Below, piece by piece: positions 32,601 to 43,119 of a stretch of DNA of 64,000 nt. The stretch comes from an uncultured Spirochaetota bacterium. GTDB lineage: Bacteria > Spirochaetota > Spirochaetia > SZUA-6 > Fen-1364. Made by a program: the position numbers and the translations under genes. Every line of letters begins with the position of its first letter. Within the stretch, counting starts at the first letter, position 1. The notes beneath the pieces were generated by a model. That model saw only the letters and a program-made list of their open reading frames with translations. It made no database searches and was not told where the DNA came from. The DNA lies in assembly GCA_963820525.1 (NCBI GenBank), contig CAWGAA010000003.1, forward strand, positions 288,001 through 352,000. Direction: 5' to 3'.

Positions 32601-33452
32601 TGCGTCATCGCCTTCGGCAAGTTGGGCGGCAGGGAGCTCAACTACAGCTCCGACATCGACCTCCTGGGGCTCTACGACGGAGGGACCGAAGGGGCCGATC
32701 CAACCGAGGATGCCGCCGCGCTCATGGAAGCCCTTAGGGCCGATCTCTCGGACCACACGATGGAGGGCTACGCCTACCGCGTGGACCTCCGCCTCCGCCC
32801 CTATGGAAGCTCGGGACAGCTCGTCTTCTCCCTGAAATCCCTCCTGGATTACTACTTCCGCTCGGCTGCGATGTGGGAGCTCCAGGCCCTGCTGAAAGCG
32901 AGGCCGGTGGCAGGGGATCTGGAGCTCGGCCGGGAGTTTCTCGACTCCGTGCGAACGCTGCTCTTGGCCCCCCGGGAGCCTTCCGCGGTGGTCTCTTCGA
33001 TCGACAGGCTGCGAAAGGAAGCCCAGAAGAGCCTCTCGAGAAACTCCATTGTCGCGACGGACATCAAGGTCGGCCTCGGGGGCCTGCGTGACGTGGAGTT
33101 CCTCGTGCAGGGACTCGAGCTCATCCACGCGCACGAGCATCCGGAGCTCCTGATCGGCAACACCCTTGCCGCCCTCGAAGCCCTGGGGACGATGGGAATA
33201 CTGCCTACGGATGAGGCCGACCGCCTCGTCGGAGATTACATCTTCCTGCGGCGTGTGGAGCACTTCCTGCAGATCTACGAGGACCGGCAGACTCACAGCC
33301 TGCCCAGGGATCCCCTTCAGATGCTCGCCCTGGCGCGGCGGATGCTGGGAAGCGGGGCGACAGAAGGGCAGTTCCACTCCAAGCTGGCCAAACGTTTCGA
33401 GCGGGTGCGGGAGGAGTATCGCAAGTTCACCGAGACGGGCTTTCGGCAGTAG
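29619..33452 (+). CDS. glnE: Glutamine synthetase adenylyltransferase/adenylyl-removing enzyme with N-terminal ACT-like domains
   Basis: Two NTase motifs (GLGKMGGAALGYASDIEL; AFGKLGGRELNYSSDIDL), two DLRLRPYG motifs; close to glnA. Confidence 0.9.
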   Translation: MSVTAERLQALLPDLAPSFIENHVRRLDERYFQRFGEGDIADHVRRLSQLSPRDPVRTVVREIENGRLECTVLAFDYPSVFSLITGVLSSLGFDTLAGDVFTYAPWDGLARQTRENHRSRRRAGAPDRDRRPPRDGDTGKRRLIIDCFTGTTTGGVWGEEWEEELSSRLQQVIILLERGGNDSLSRAKQSVYEMAARAVTRAAPSESAVLYPVAIEVDASPPGCTRMRVVSQDTPFFLFTFSTALSLQGVSIEHVRIRTEGGRIEDEFEFVDASGRKIEEPGRIDRIKLSVLVTKQFTTFLGGSPDPLSALLRFENLMRDIVPMSEQGRWSELLSNQHVLSDLAQLLGASTYLWEDFIRLQYETLLPMLRPHVGGKSFCEPIELLPERLELALAGATEEEEFARRLNEFKDREIYLYDLDHILTPGSDFLTLSKRLTALAEVVVDCAASFAYEALLQRFGEPRTVAGIPVRYAIVGLGKMGGAALGYASDIELLFVYSDSGTTGAPDSAAPAAGIENAEFFGRLARETQRLVHAKREGIFHIDLRLRPYGDAGPLACSLESFCTYYPRGGPAHSYERLSLVRLRSVGGDRQLAARIERLRDEMVYAAQSIELEELWELRERQVREKTKGGALNAKFSPGALVDLEYAVQILQVLHGAQEKRLRTPRIHEALDALALIGVLERPEAKELADAYHFFRRLINGLRMLRGSAQDLFLPSLDSDEYMHLARRSGYKPEREMSPARKLHLDFETHTAEVRAFMERHFGRGSLPGIPAANVADLILSDTVPEGARRDILSAKGFRDPARAFVNLRELSGEAERRSQFARLAILACDILSQRPDPDMALNNWERFLRSLDDPQGHFRGMLSQPMRLEILLSIFSTSQFLADALVRNPELLDYIGASEVLRSLKGHVEIQRELASISNLTAQREGWRDELRRFRRREILRIGARDICLGMPTRTVMEELSELADGVVSASLGRLRGGTIGRGGEPGAPPWRFCVIAFGKLGGRELNYSSDIDLLGLYDGGTEGADPTEDAAALMEALRADLSDHTMEGYAYRVDLRLRPYGSSGQLVFSLKSLLDYYFRSAAMWELQALLKARPVAGDLELGREFLDSVRTLLLAPREPSAVVSSIDRLRKEAQKSLSRNSIVATDIKVGLGGLRDVEFLVQGLELIHAHEHPELLIGNTLAALEALGTMGILPTDEADRLVGDYIFLRRVEHFLQIYEDRQTHSLPRDPLQMLALARRMLGSGATEGQFHSKLAKRFERVREEYRKFTETGFRQ

Positions 33453-33496
33453 AATTAACGTACGAGCGTGGTTCGAATGGAAAAGGGAGGTTCGAT

Positions 33497-34783
33497 ATGT
33501 CTCTCACGCCGGGGGATAGGAGGACCGTAAAGGCCGCCGAGAATGTGCTGAGGGGGAAGAGCCGCAAGGGGTTCTTTCTCCGGCTCCTTCCCTTTCTGGG
33601 TCCGGCTTTCATAGCGAGCATAGCCTACGTCGATCCCGGAAACTTCGCCACAAACATCTCCGGCGGCGCCCAATTCGGGTATACGCTCCTGTGGGTGATC
33701 ACGGTCAGCAACCTCATGGCCATGCTCGTGCAATCCCTCTCGGCCAAGCTGGGGATCGCCACGGGAAAGAACCTCGCGGAGATGTGCGCCCAGTCCTACT
33801 CCAAACCCGTCTCTTTCATCCTCTGGATAATAATGGAGCTCGTGGCAATGGCCACGGACCTGGCGGAGTTCCTGGGCGCGGCGGTGGGATTCAACCTCCT
33901 TCTGGGAGTGCCGCTGTGGATAGCGGGGCTCATGACCGCGGTGGCCACTTTTCTCATTCTTGCCCTGGAGCGCTACGGCTTCCGCCCTCTGGAAGTGGTG
34001 ATCACCGCCTTTGTCGGAATCATCTCTCTCTGCTACTTGGTCGAGATTGCAATCGCCAGGCCTGAATGGACGCAGGTGCTGACTCACTCCGTCGTGCCGA
34101 GGTTCGCCGGCCCCCAAAGCGTGGTCCTGGCGGTGGGGATACTCGGCGCCACCGTGATGCCCCATGCAATCTTTCTGCACTCGGCGCTGACTCAGAATCG
34201 GATCGTCGTGCGCAAGGACAGGCTGATGAAGCGGCTCTTCCGCTTCGAGATCATCGACGTGGTCATCGCCATGGGGGTGGCGGGGCTGGTGAACGGGGCC
34301 ATGCTCACGATGGCGGCCACGACCTTCCATCAGAGGGGGTACATGGACGTGGGAAGTCTCGAGCAGGCGCACCGCACGCTGCAGCCGCTCCTCGGGCAGG
34401 CGGCAAGCTGGGTGTTCGCGGTTTCCCTGCTCGCCTCAGGCCTCTCTTCCTCCTCCGTGGGCACGATGGCGGGCCAGATCATCATCAAGGGCTTTCTCAA
34501 GAGGGAGATCCCCATATGGCTGCGGCGCCTCATCACGATGATTCCCTCGCTCGTCGTGATCTTCATAGGACTGGATCCGACACGCACCCTGGTGATCAGC
34601 CAGGTGATCCTGAGCTTCGGCTTGCCGATGGCGATAATCCCTCTTGTCATGTTCACCGGCCGAAAGCACCTCATGGGGGTGCTGGTCAACAGGCCGATCA
34701 CGAAGCTTCTGGCAGCGGTGGTAACCGCGGTGATCGTGGCCTTGAACCTCTACCTGCTTTTCAGCGTATTCAAGGGAGGTTGA
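33497..34783 (+). CDS. mntH: Nramp divalent metal (Mn2+) transporter
   Basis: YVDPGNFATN and GATVMPHAIFLHS motifs. Confidence 0.95.
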   Translation: MSLTPGDRRTVKAAENVLRGKSRKGFFLRLLPFLGPAFIASIAYVDPGNFATNISGGAQFGYTLLWVITVSNLMAMLVQSLSAKLGIATGKNLAEMCAQSYSKPVSFILWIIMELVAMATDLAEFLGAAVGFNLLLGVPLWIAGLMTAVATFLILALERYGFRPLEVVITAFVGIISLCYLVEIAIARPEWTQVLTHSVVPRFAGPQSVVLAVGILGATVMPHAIFLHSALTQNRIVVRKDRLMKRLFRFEIIDVVIAMGVAGLVNGAMLTMAATTFHQRGYMDVGSLEQAHRTLQPLLGQAASWVFAVSLLASGLSSSSVGTMAGQIIIKGFLKREIPIWLRRLITMIPSLVVIFIGLDPTRTLVISQVILSFGLPMAIIPLVMFTGRKHLMGVLVNRPITKLLAAVVTAVIVALNLYLLFSVFKGG

Positions 34784-34784
34784 C

Positions 34785-35693
34785 ATGTTTAGCCGTATCC
34801 TGGTGCCCCTCGACGGCTCCCGAATGGCCGAAGCTGCGCTGCCCGCCGCGGAAGCCCTTCGCAGGGCATTCTCGTCCTCCGTAACGCTGATCCACGTGCT
34901 GGAGAGCGGCCCGCCGCGGGAGGCCCACGGAGAGCGCCACCTCCAGGACAAGCAGGAAGCGGAAGCATACCTCGCCGAAGCGGCCGCGCGCTATTTCCCG
35001 CCCGATGTGAACATCGCGCTGCATGTTCACGCCGAGGGCATATCGACCGTGCCGGAGAGTCTCACGGAGCACTCCCAGGAGCTGGAGCAGGACCTGATCA
35101 TCATGTGCGTGCACGGCAGGGGCGGGTTCGACAGGATGGTCGGGGGAAGCCTCGCCGAGAGGATCATGAGCACGCAGACGGTGCCCGTGCTCCTCGTGCG
35201 CGCAGGCCTGGGCGGACCCATCGCTCCGTCCTTCCGCCTCGTCCTGGTGGCGCTGGACGGGAAAGCGGATCACGAGCAGGGACTTGTCGCCGCCGAGGAG
35301 CTCGCCAGAAAGACGGGCGCCCGGCTTCTCCTTGTGTCCATTGTGCCGACGTGGTTTACTCTCAGGGGAGAGGGAAGGGAAACGGGACGGCTGCTCCCCG
35401 CCGCCACGGCGGAGCTTCTCGCGCAGACCGAATCTTCGGCCGAGCGCTACCTCCAGGAGCACGCCGAGCGGCTTCGCGCCGACGGCATCCAGGTGGAGAC
35501 GGCGATCAGGCATGGAAATCCGCCGAAGCAGATAACGCGCTTCGCCCGGCTGACGGGCTCGGATCTCATCGTGCTGGGGACCCACGGCAGGACAGGAGCG
35601 CGCGCATTCTGGGCCGGCAGCATCGGCTACATGATCGTGGGAAGAACAGCCACCCCCATCCTCCTCATCCCCGCCGCGGAGAAGAGGAAATGA
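34785..35693 (+). CDS. Tandem-domain universal stress protein
   Basis: RILVPLDGS...DLIIMCVHGRGG...GGSLAERI; second domain VLVALDG...DLIVLGTHGRTG...GSIG. Confidence 0.9.
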   Translation: MFSRILVPLDGSRMAEAALPAAEALRRAFSSSVTLIHVLESGPPREAHGERHLQDKQEAEAYLAEAAARYFPPDVNIALHVHAEGISTVPESLTEHSQELEQDLIIMCVHGRGGFDRMVGGSLAERIMSTQTVPVLLVRAGLGGPIAPSFRLVLVALDGKADHEQGLVAAEELARKTGARLLLVSIVPTWFTLRGEGRETGRLLPAATAELLAQTESSAERYLQEHAERLRADGIQVETAIRHGNPPKQITRFARLTGSDLIVLGTHGRTGARAFWAGSIGYMIVGRTATPILLIPAAEKRK

Positions 35694-36022
35694 GCGTCGT
35701 CACGCCCCTGGAAAACAAGGAGCTCCCGGAGACCTGCTGCGTGTACAAGCACTCCACAACCTGCCCTCTTTCAGCGGCGGCGGTCCGGGAAGTGGAGGCG
35801 GCCGCGATAGATATCCCGGTCTTCAAGATCGACGTCCGCGTGCAGCGTGAGCTCTCCGCCTGGGTTGCCCAAAGATACGCTGTGGAACATGAATCTCCCC
35901 AGCTCATCCTGATCCGCGCGGGAAAGGCGGAGAAGGTTTGGAACCATGGGGACATACGCAGGGAGAAAATAGAGGGGATAGGGGGGATCGCGGGCGTCAC
36001 CCCTTCAGGGCGAACGGGTTGA
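35690..36022 (+). CDS. ytxJ: YtxJ/DUF2847 thioredoxin-like monothiol protein
   Basis: KHSTTCPLS and HESPQLILI motifs; ATG 35690 overlaps the USP stop. Confidence 0.85.
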   Translation: MSVVTPLENKELPETCCVYKHSTTCPLSAAAVREVEAAAIDIPVFKIDVRVQRELSAWVAQRYAVEHESPQLILIRAGKAEKVWNHGDIRREKIEGIGGIAGVTPSGRTG

Positions 36023-36716
36023 AATCGGTTTCATAGTCGTAGTAATCCTCACGCTCCACGCGCTTGAGAAACGCCACGATGCGGTAGGTGACCGGGGTCA
36101 TCACGGCTTCCACCGCGCACTTGAAGATGTAGTTGGTGAGCACGAGGGTCACGAATATCTGCCAGGGAAAGACCCCCGTGAGCGTGGAGATGAGCACGAA
36201 TAAGCAGGTATCCACCGCCTCGCCGACCAGGGTGCTCCCGATCGTGCGGGCCCACAGCCAGCGGCCTTTCGTGAGGATCTTCATCTTGGCGAGGACGAAT
36301 GAGTTGGAGAACTCCCCCGCGAAGAATCCGGCGAGGCTGGCCGCCACGATCCCCCCGCTCGACATTCCGCCCAGCACCTTCACGAACGCATCCTGGCCGA
36401 CCGCGGCGTTCCAACCCGCCTCTCCCGGCATGATGCGCACCAGCCACAGCACGAAGGCGCTGGCCGCAAGGCAGGAGAAGCCCGCCCAGATGACGCGCCG
36501 CGAGCGCCGGTAGCCATAGACCTCGGTGAGAACGTCTCCAAAGATGTAGCTTATGGGAAAGAGGATCGTCCCGCCGTCGAACGCCAGCGGCACGCCGAAG
36601 AGCGAGATTGCCCAATCGATGATCTTGGCGGACGAGGCAATGTTGCTGACGATGAGGATAGTCACGAAAGCCGCCATCACGAGGTCGAAATAGCGGTACC
36701 TGCGTTCAGCGCCCAT
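35997..36716 (-). CDS. yhhQ: Queuosine precursor transporter (YhhQ/VUT family)
   Basis: SNIASSAKI, FPISYIFGDVLTEVYG, RTIGSTLVGEAVDT. Confidence 0.88.
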   Translation of the reverse strand: MGAERRYRYFDLVMAAFVTILIVSNIASSAKIIDWAISLFGVPLAFDGGTILFPISYIFGDVLTEVYGYRRSRRVIWAGFSCLAASAFVLWLVRIMPGEAGWNAAVGQDAFVKVLGGMSSGGIVAASLAGFFAGEFSNSFVLAKMKILTKGRWLWARTIGSTLVGEAVDTCLFVLISTLTGVFPWQIFVTLVLTNYIFKCAVEAVMTPVTYRIVAFLKRVEREDYYDYETDFNPFALKG

Positions 36717-37437
36717 CCTTCTCCTTCTTGAACCGTGAGAACAGCCTGCTGAATACTCCGGGAATCCCCTCCCGCGCCGCGGGAAGCTCCACCTTGGCGA
36801 ACTCTGCGATGTTCTCTTCCTTGCCCGCCACCAGGAGGATGTCCTGCTCCTGCAGCCTGTACTCGGGCAGGAAATAGGTGTATTCCTCATCTTCGTTCCT
36901 GCGCAGGGCGATCACGTTCAGCCCGTGCTGCTGGCGGAGGTTCGCTTCGATGAGGGTCTTTCCCAGGTACTTTTTCGGAGACTTTATCTCCGCTATGGCG
37001 AACTCGCGGCTGATGGGGAGGAAGCTGAAGAGAATGGAGGAGAGCAGCAGGGGCGCGATGCGCCGCGCCGCCTCCCTGTTGGGAAGGATGATGTCCGTGG
37101 CCCCCACGAGCTCCAGGATCTCGGCGTGCTGGTTGCTTTCCGCCTTGGCGATGATGCGCCGCACCCCGAGCTTCTTGAGGTAGTTGGTGACAAGGATCGA
37201 CGCCTCCAGGTTGTCCCCCAGGTCCACGATGGCCGCGTCGATGGTGCTGGGCACGATCCGGTTGATCACTTCCTCGCTGATGGCGTCCGCGATGTAGGAG
37301 GCGGCCACCTGCTCCTTGTACTGCTCGATGACGTCGACGTCCTTGTCGATGATAAGGATCTCGCAGCCGGTATCCACCAGCTCCTCGAGCATGCGCTTGC
37401 CGAAAAATCCAAGACCGATGATGGCGAATTGCTTCAT
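36706..37437 (-). CDS. trkA: TrkA/KtrA potassium uptake regulatory subunit (RCK); read in-frame with trkH in this assembly
   Basis: MKQFAIIGLGFFG Rossmann start; TrkA-C domain at the C-terminus. Confidence 0.85.
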   Translation of the reverse strand: MKQFAIIGLGFFGKRMLEELVDTGCEILIIDKDVDVIEQYKEQVAASYIADAISEEVINRIVPSTIDAAIVDLGDNLEASILVTNYLKKLGVRRIIAKAESNQHAEILELVGATDIILPNREAARRIAPLLLSSILFSFLPISREFAIAEIKSPKKYLGKTLIEANLRQQHGLNVIALRRNEDEEYTYFLPEYRLQEQDILLVAGKEENIAEFAKVELPAAREGIPGVFSRLFSRFKKEKDGR

Positions 37438-38772
37438 TAGCCTATGAGTGACCTCCTCCTCAGGAACATCGACGATTCGCTTCGGGAGCCTGCGCGGCAG
37501 CGAAATAGCCAGGGCGCTCATTCCGACCCGGCCCGCGAACATGGTGAGGATAATGATAGCTTTTCCCGGGACGCTGAGTAAGGGGGTGATTCCCAGCGAG
37601 AGGCCCACCGTGCCGAACGCGGAGAATGTCTCGAATACGACGTCGATGAAGAGCTTCTTCTCATGATGGCTCAGGAGAAGCTCGGTCACGGTGAGAGCGA
37701 AGATGGCCAGCGCGAGGATCGCTATCGCCCGCAGGGCGAACATCATGCCCCGGCTTACCGAGCCCTGGGAGACCTTCTTGTGGAACACCCTGATGTCTTC
37801 GCGCGCCTGCGACCCACGGATGATCATGACGAGCACGATGAAGAAGGTGGTGGTCTTGATCCCTCCGCCGGTGGACGCCGGGGAAGCGCCCACATACATG
37901 AGCAAGAGCGTGAAGACCTTGGATGGGAAGGTCAAGCCTGCCTGCGCCACGGTATCGAACCCCGCCGTCCTCGGAGTGACTGACTGGAAAAAGGCCGCCA
38001 TGATCTTCTGCGGGGCGCCCAGCGCCGCGTAGCCGTCGTTCCACTCGAACAGGAGGTACACGGCGGCGGCGCCGAAGATAAGAGCCAGGGTGATCAGGAC
38101 AACGAGCCTGGTGTGCATCGACAGCCTGTGCCTCCTGCCGAGGGCGCGCTCCAGCAGGTCCTCAACAACGACGAAGCCGAGCCCCCCCAGAACGATGAGT
38201 GACATGATCGCGAGGTTGATCGTGGGATCGCCAACGTAGCCTTCGAGGTTGTCGCTGAAGGTGGAGAATCCGGCATTGCAGAAGGCAGAGACCGCGTGAA
38301 AAAGCGATGTGAACAGGGCGCGCGATCCCACCGTGCGGCGGAACACGGTGTACATGAAGAGGGCACCCGCGATTTCTATTGAGATGGTAAGAATCACGAT
38401 GTTTCTGACGATCTTCAGCGGATCCCTCTCCACGGAGGAAATGTAGTAGTCTCCGATGAGCTTCCTGTTGGCAAGCGATATCTTTCCCCGCGGATTGGCG
38501 AGGTAGATCGTCGTGAAGCTGATGATTCCCAAGCCGCCGAACTGGATGAGGAGCATGATGACGATCTTGCCGAAGAGGCTGTATTGCGCCGTATCCACGC
38601 TCACCAGCCCGGTCACGCAAACCGCCGATGTTGCGGTGAACAGGGCGTCTATGTACGGGAGCCTCGCCTCCCCCTTCCAGGCGCTGGGAACCCAGAGGAG
38701 AAAGCTTCCTGCGAGGATGATTGTTATGAAATATGCGAAGAGGAAGAATCTGTCGCGGTTTCTGACTCTCAT
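37437..38772 (-). CDS. trkH: TrkH/KtrB potassium uptake membrane subunit
   Basis: SAVCVTGL, SAFCNAGF, TPRTAGF, SAFGTVGLS pore motifs. The expected end EEEVLIG* is displaced by one extra base. Confidence 0.88.
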
Positions 38773-38842
38773 ATAAGAGGAAAGCTCAACCCCGGAAAGA
38801 TCGGGACTCCGACGTCCACGAGCACAACGCGGTCAAAAAAAA

Positions 38843-39032
<190 letters not shown>

Positions 39033-39157
39033 ATTGATTTCTTGAAAACTGTATAACAGAAATTGCAATCTTAGGGAAGTAGGTGAAGGATATTCTGCTG
39101 CTGCGCGTCTTCAGCGTGCTTGCGGCATATCTGCTCTCGGCGTTTCAACCTCCGGCC

Positions 39158-39706
39158 TTATTGGGCCAATAAAGGTTTCAACATTTTTGCATACTGGTCC
39201 TTTGTCCGGGAACCAATCACATTGTCGGCGATCTCGCCCTTTTTATCTATGAGTATGGTGGTTGGAACAACTCTGACCTTTCCGTATTTTTCCATCAGTT
39301 CATAGGACCCCATGATGACGGGATAATTTATTTCATAATCCTTATAAAACTGCTCTATGGCCGCTGTGCTGGAAAAAACAGCTACTCCAATAATTACCAA
39401 TTTGTCTTTATAAATGTCCTGCAAATCTTCCAGGGCTGGAATCTCCGCCCTGCACGGTGGGCACCATGTCGCCCAAAAATTGAGCACCACGACCTTGCCC
39501 CGATAATTATTCAAAGAAATGGTTTCATTATTCTTAATATCCTTTTCCGTGAAATCAGGAGCGATACCTGAAGCATCGGTCTGCAGGGATTCCGCCTGAT
39601 TGCCGACTTGCCCGGTTGTGTTGCTCACCGGACTTTTTGGCGCACAGCCTTCAGCAGAGAGAAGCAGAAGTAATACAGGAAAAATATAGATGATATTTGA
39701 TTTCAT
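39158..39706 (-). CDS. TlpA-family disulfide reductase lipoprotein
   Basis: LNFWATWCPPCRAEIP, VPTTILID; visibly more AT-rich than the flanking genes. Confidence 0.92.
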   Translation of the reverse strand: MKSNIIYIFPVLLLLLSAEGCAPKSPVSNTTGQVGNQAESLQTDASGIAPDFTEKDIKNNETISLNNYRGKVVVLNFWATWCPPCRAEIPALEDLQDIYKDKLVIIGVAVFSSTAAIEQFYKDYEINYPVIMGSYELMEKYGKVRVVPTTILIDKKGEIADNVIGSRTKDQYAKMLKPLLAQ

Positions 39707-39884
39707 ATTATCCTCCGGGACTCAAGGCTTCGGCGACATTTGATTTATGAATTAAACAATCAACTGTGTATTGTCGCTCCGGTATTCCAGCAGCTTCGCA
39801 GATGCAATCAAGCTTTTTGGCAAGACCCGCAATGATAGTCTCGAGGGACCATAGAGCCCCGCTTCCGGCTCCGCGCAAAAAAAA

Positions 39885-39999
<115 letters not shown>

Positions 40000-40249
40000 A
40001 ATAATCAACTGAAGTGGGTGAAGGATGTTCTTGCGCTGTCGCCCCTGCGGCGCGCTTGGCGGTGTCGCGTTTCGCGGCTCTCGCAACTTGCTTACGAAAG
40101 TTGCTGCCGCCCAATGGCCGACGCCGCCGTTGGCATTTCCGCTGTCGCGGTTGGGATTCCCCATGGCTCTCGCCGTTTCTTCGAAACGGCTGCCGCCCTG
40201 GGGCCCCGTCGCGGCGTGCATAGCACGCCGCTGGAATACTCGAAAATAT

Positions 40250-40817
<568 letters not shown>

Positions 40818-41457
40818 CGGGGGAAGGGGTGAGTGAGAAATGAAGCTCTGGGCGTACCCCGCCCGAGGGGATTCACTCTCAACCGAGGCACCTGTTCCGT
40901 GGCAGCCCTCGGGCGGGTCGCGTGCTCCGCTACAAGTCCTCGGCGCAGTAGGAGATCCAGAGGAATGTCACACCCCGGTCGGCCTCGGTCGCTGTGATTG
41001 CGCGCCTCCGGGCTTTCCGCTGCGCCCGCTCACGCGGAGGTGACTGTACATGCCCTCTGCCTTCGGCTACTCGCGAAATCGAGGCGGAATCTGCTCGGCA
41101 CCCCCTGCCCGCACTGCCATCAAGCAGCCGTATATGCCTCCCGTTTTCTTGATGCATGCAGTCGGCATCAGCGGCAACTACCCTCCCCGCCGCAAAGCTG
41201 GCTTACGCCCAGCGGGGCACCAACACCCTCCAGCTTATCTTCCGCCTCCACTTCCCCGCCTTCGCCGAGCTCTATGAGCAGCGCTATGCAAAGGAGTCCG
41301 GCCAGTTCCGCCTACACCGCATCACCCGGGTGACAGAGAAGTTCCTCCGCTGCGGGGATTACTCCCATGGGGTCGCCCGTATCCAATGCACAAACCCCGA
41401 CTGCCGCCTCGAGCTGTTCCGCCCTTTCAGCTGTAAAGGATTTTACCTTTGCCCCTC

Positions 41458-41645
41458 TTCATATGATAACCAAACGAAAGGGTATGATGGAAAAGGCAGG
41501 GAAAGCTAAGTCCTACTCATGCTCTGCACTGGAGAAGCTGAGAGCACCCGTGCTTCCCTGCCTTCCTTCTGACCGCTTGTAGTGGGGTGGTTGTCCTCAT
41601 ATGAGGGGCGCGGCAGGAGGGCATTGTAATACCGGGAGGATCGTC
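41458..41645 (+). ncRNA. Candidate IS110 bridge/seek RNA (non-coding left end)
   Basis: Stem aaggcagggaaagc/gcttccctgcctt encloses target-like sequences; a second loop contains tagtggg and tcatatga, matching the element's own right and left ends. Confidence 0.65.
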
Positions 41646-42298
41646 ATGAAGCAGTTTGTCGGAATCGACATGGGATCGCAGAAGCATTCTGTTTGCATCC
41701 TCGATGAACAGAGCGAAAAGATCAAAGCCCTTGAGATCGGCAACACCCTCGAGCAATTTCGAATGCTTGAGCAATACCTCGACGGCAAAGAGGATGTGCG
41801 AGTGTGCTGCGAGGGAGTACATGGGCCCCTTCTGGGATATTTGAAAAGCCGCGGAGTACTGCTCTATCCCGTCAACCCTTTGAAGATCAAACGGTTTCGC
41901 GAGATTCGAGCTCTTTCGGGAGACAAGCACGACGCCTTGGATGCCCGCTGCCTGGCAGAGTACCTGCAGACCAATCACCAGCTGATGCGTCCATTCAGCC
42001 ACTACAGTGATGCTGTGGAGGAGTTGAACTTGCTGCGCATCTCCCATGATCGGGTGACCAAAGAGCACGCTCGCTATGCGAACAAGCTGATATTCCTTCT
42101 GCGTGAATACTTTACGCTGTATGAAGGGCTTTTCAGCACCGCAGTGCCGCAAATACTGCTGGATTTGATACTTGCCTACCCCACCTGGGGGAGCATCAAG
42201 GGCCTTCCAGAGCCCATCCTATATAAGAGGCTCTAACATAAAGACTGCTAGACTTTTTCTCAAAAACAAGGAATGATCCTCCCAACTGGGAGGAATAT

Positions 42299-43119
42299 GT
42301 GAAGCTCGAAAGTCTACTTCCCAACGAGCTATGGAAGGTAGTGCAGCCGTTGCTACCCCCGCCAAAACCAAGGCGGTTCAAGTTTCCCGGGAGAAAACCC
42401 ATGGATCCCCGAAAAATCCTCACGGGAATCTTATATGTTCTCAAGAGCGGCATTCCTTGGGAAATGCTGCCCCAAGAGTTAGGATTTGGTACAGGGATGA
42501 GCTGCTGGCGATACCTGCGCGCATGGCAAGAGCAGGGCGTCTGGCAACGCATCCATAAGGTGTTGCTATCCAAGCTGCGAGGAGCTGATAAGATCGATTT
42601 CTCTCGTGCTGTTGTTGATAGCTCATCTGTACGAGCCGTCTTGGGAGGGCCAAAACGGGGCCGAACCCGACAGATCGCAGGAAAAAGGGGACAAAACACC
42701 ATCTCATTACCGAAGCTCAGGGGATTCCCCTTGTGGTCTGTGTCACGGAGGCGAACAGACACGACGTGACTCAACTATTGCCTCTGCTTGATGCGATTCC
42801 CTCGATCGGAGGCAAAAGGGGTCGGCCCCTCAAAAAGCCAAAAACACTTCAAGGTGATTGTGGCTATGATTCTGATCCGCACCGACGTGAAATAAAGAAA
42901 CGCTGCATTGTCCCCCTTATCCGTAGGCGTAGAACTGCTCACGGCAGTGGACTTGGTAAGACACGTTGGGTGATCGAGCGCACCCATTCTTGGTTACATC
43001 AGAACAGGCGCCTGCGTGTTCGCTTCGAGAAACGAGCAGACATTCATGAAGCTTTTCTTGTTTTAGGGTGCATTATGATCTGTTGGTCTGCATTCACAAC
43101 ATGGAGCTCATTATGTTAG
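42299..43119 (+). CDS. IS5-family transposase, two overlapping ORFs (probable programmed frameshift)
   Basis: orfA LWKVVQPLLP...GILYVLKSGIPW...VDSSSVRA; orfB GPNPTDR..GTKHHLITEAQGIPL...GDCGYDS...RWVIERTHSW. Confidence 0.85.

Noticed and set aside
36706..38772. Apparent novel TrkH-TrkA fusion protein (688 aa)
   Set aside because: Removing one base at ~37449 gives the canonical end EEEVLIG-TAA overlapping the trkA ATG (TAATG). It is most likely a single-base insertion error, unless reads confirm it.
39049..39059. CTGTATAACAG palindrome upstream of the expanded 5S as a possible LexA box
   Set aside because: Spacing does not fit CTGT-N8-ACAG, and it is too short to support a call.
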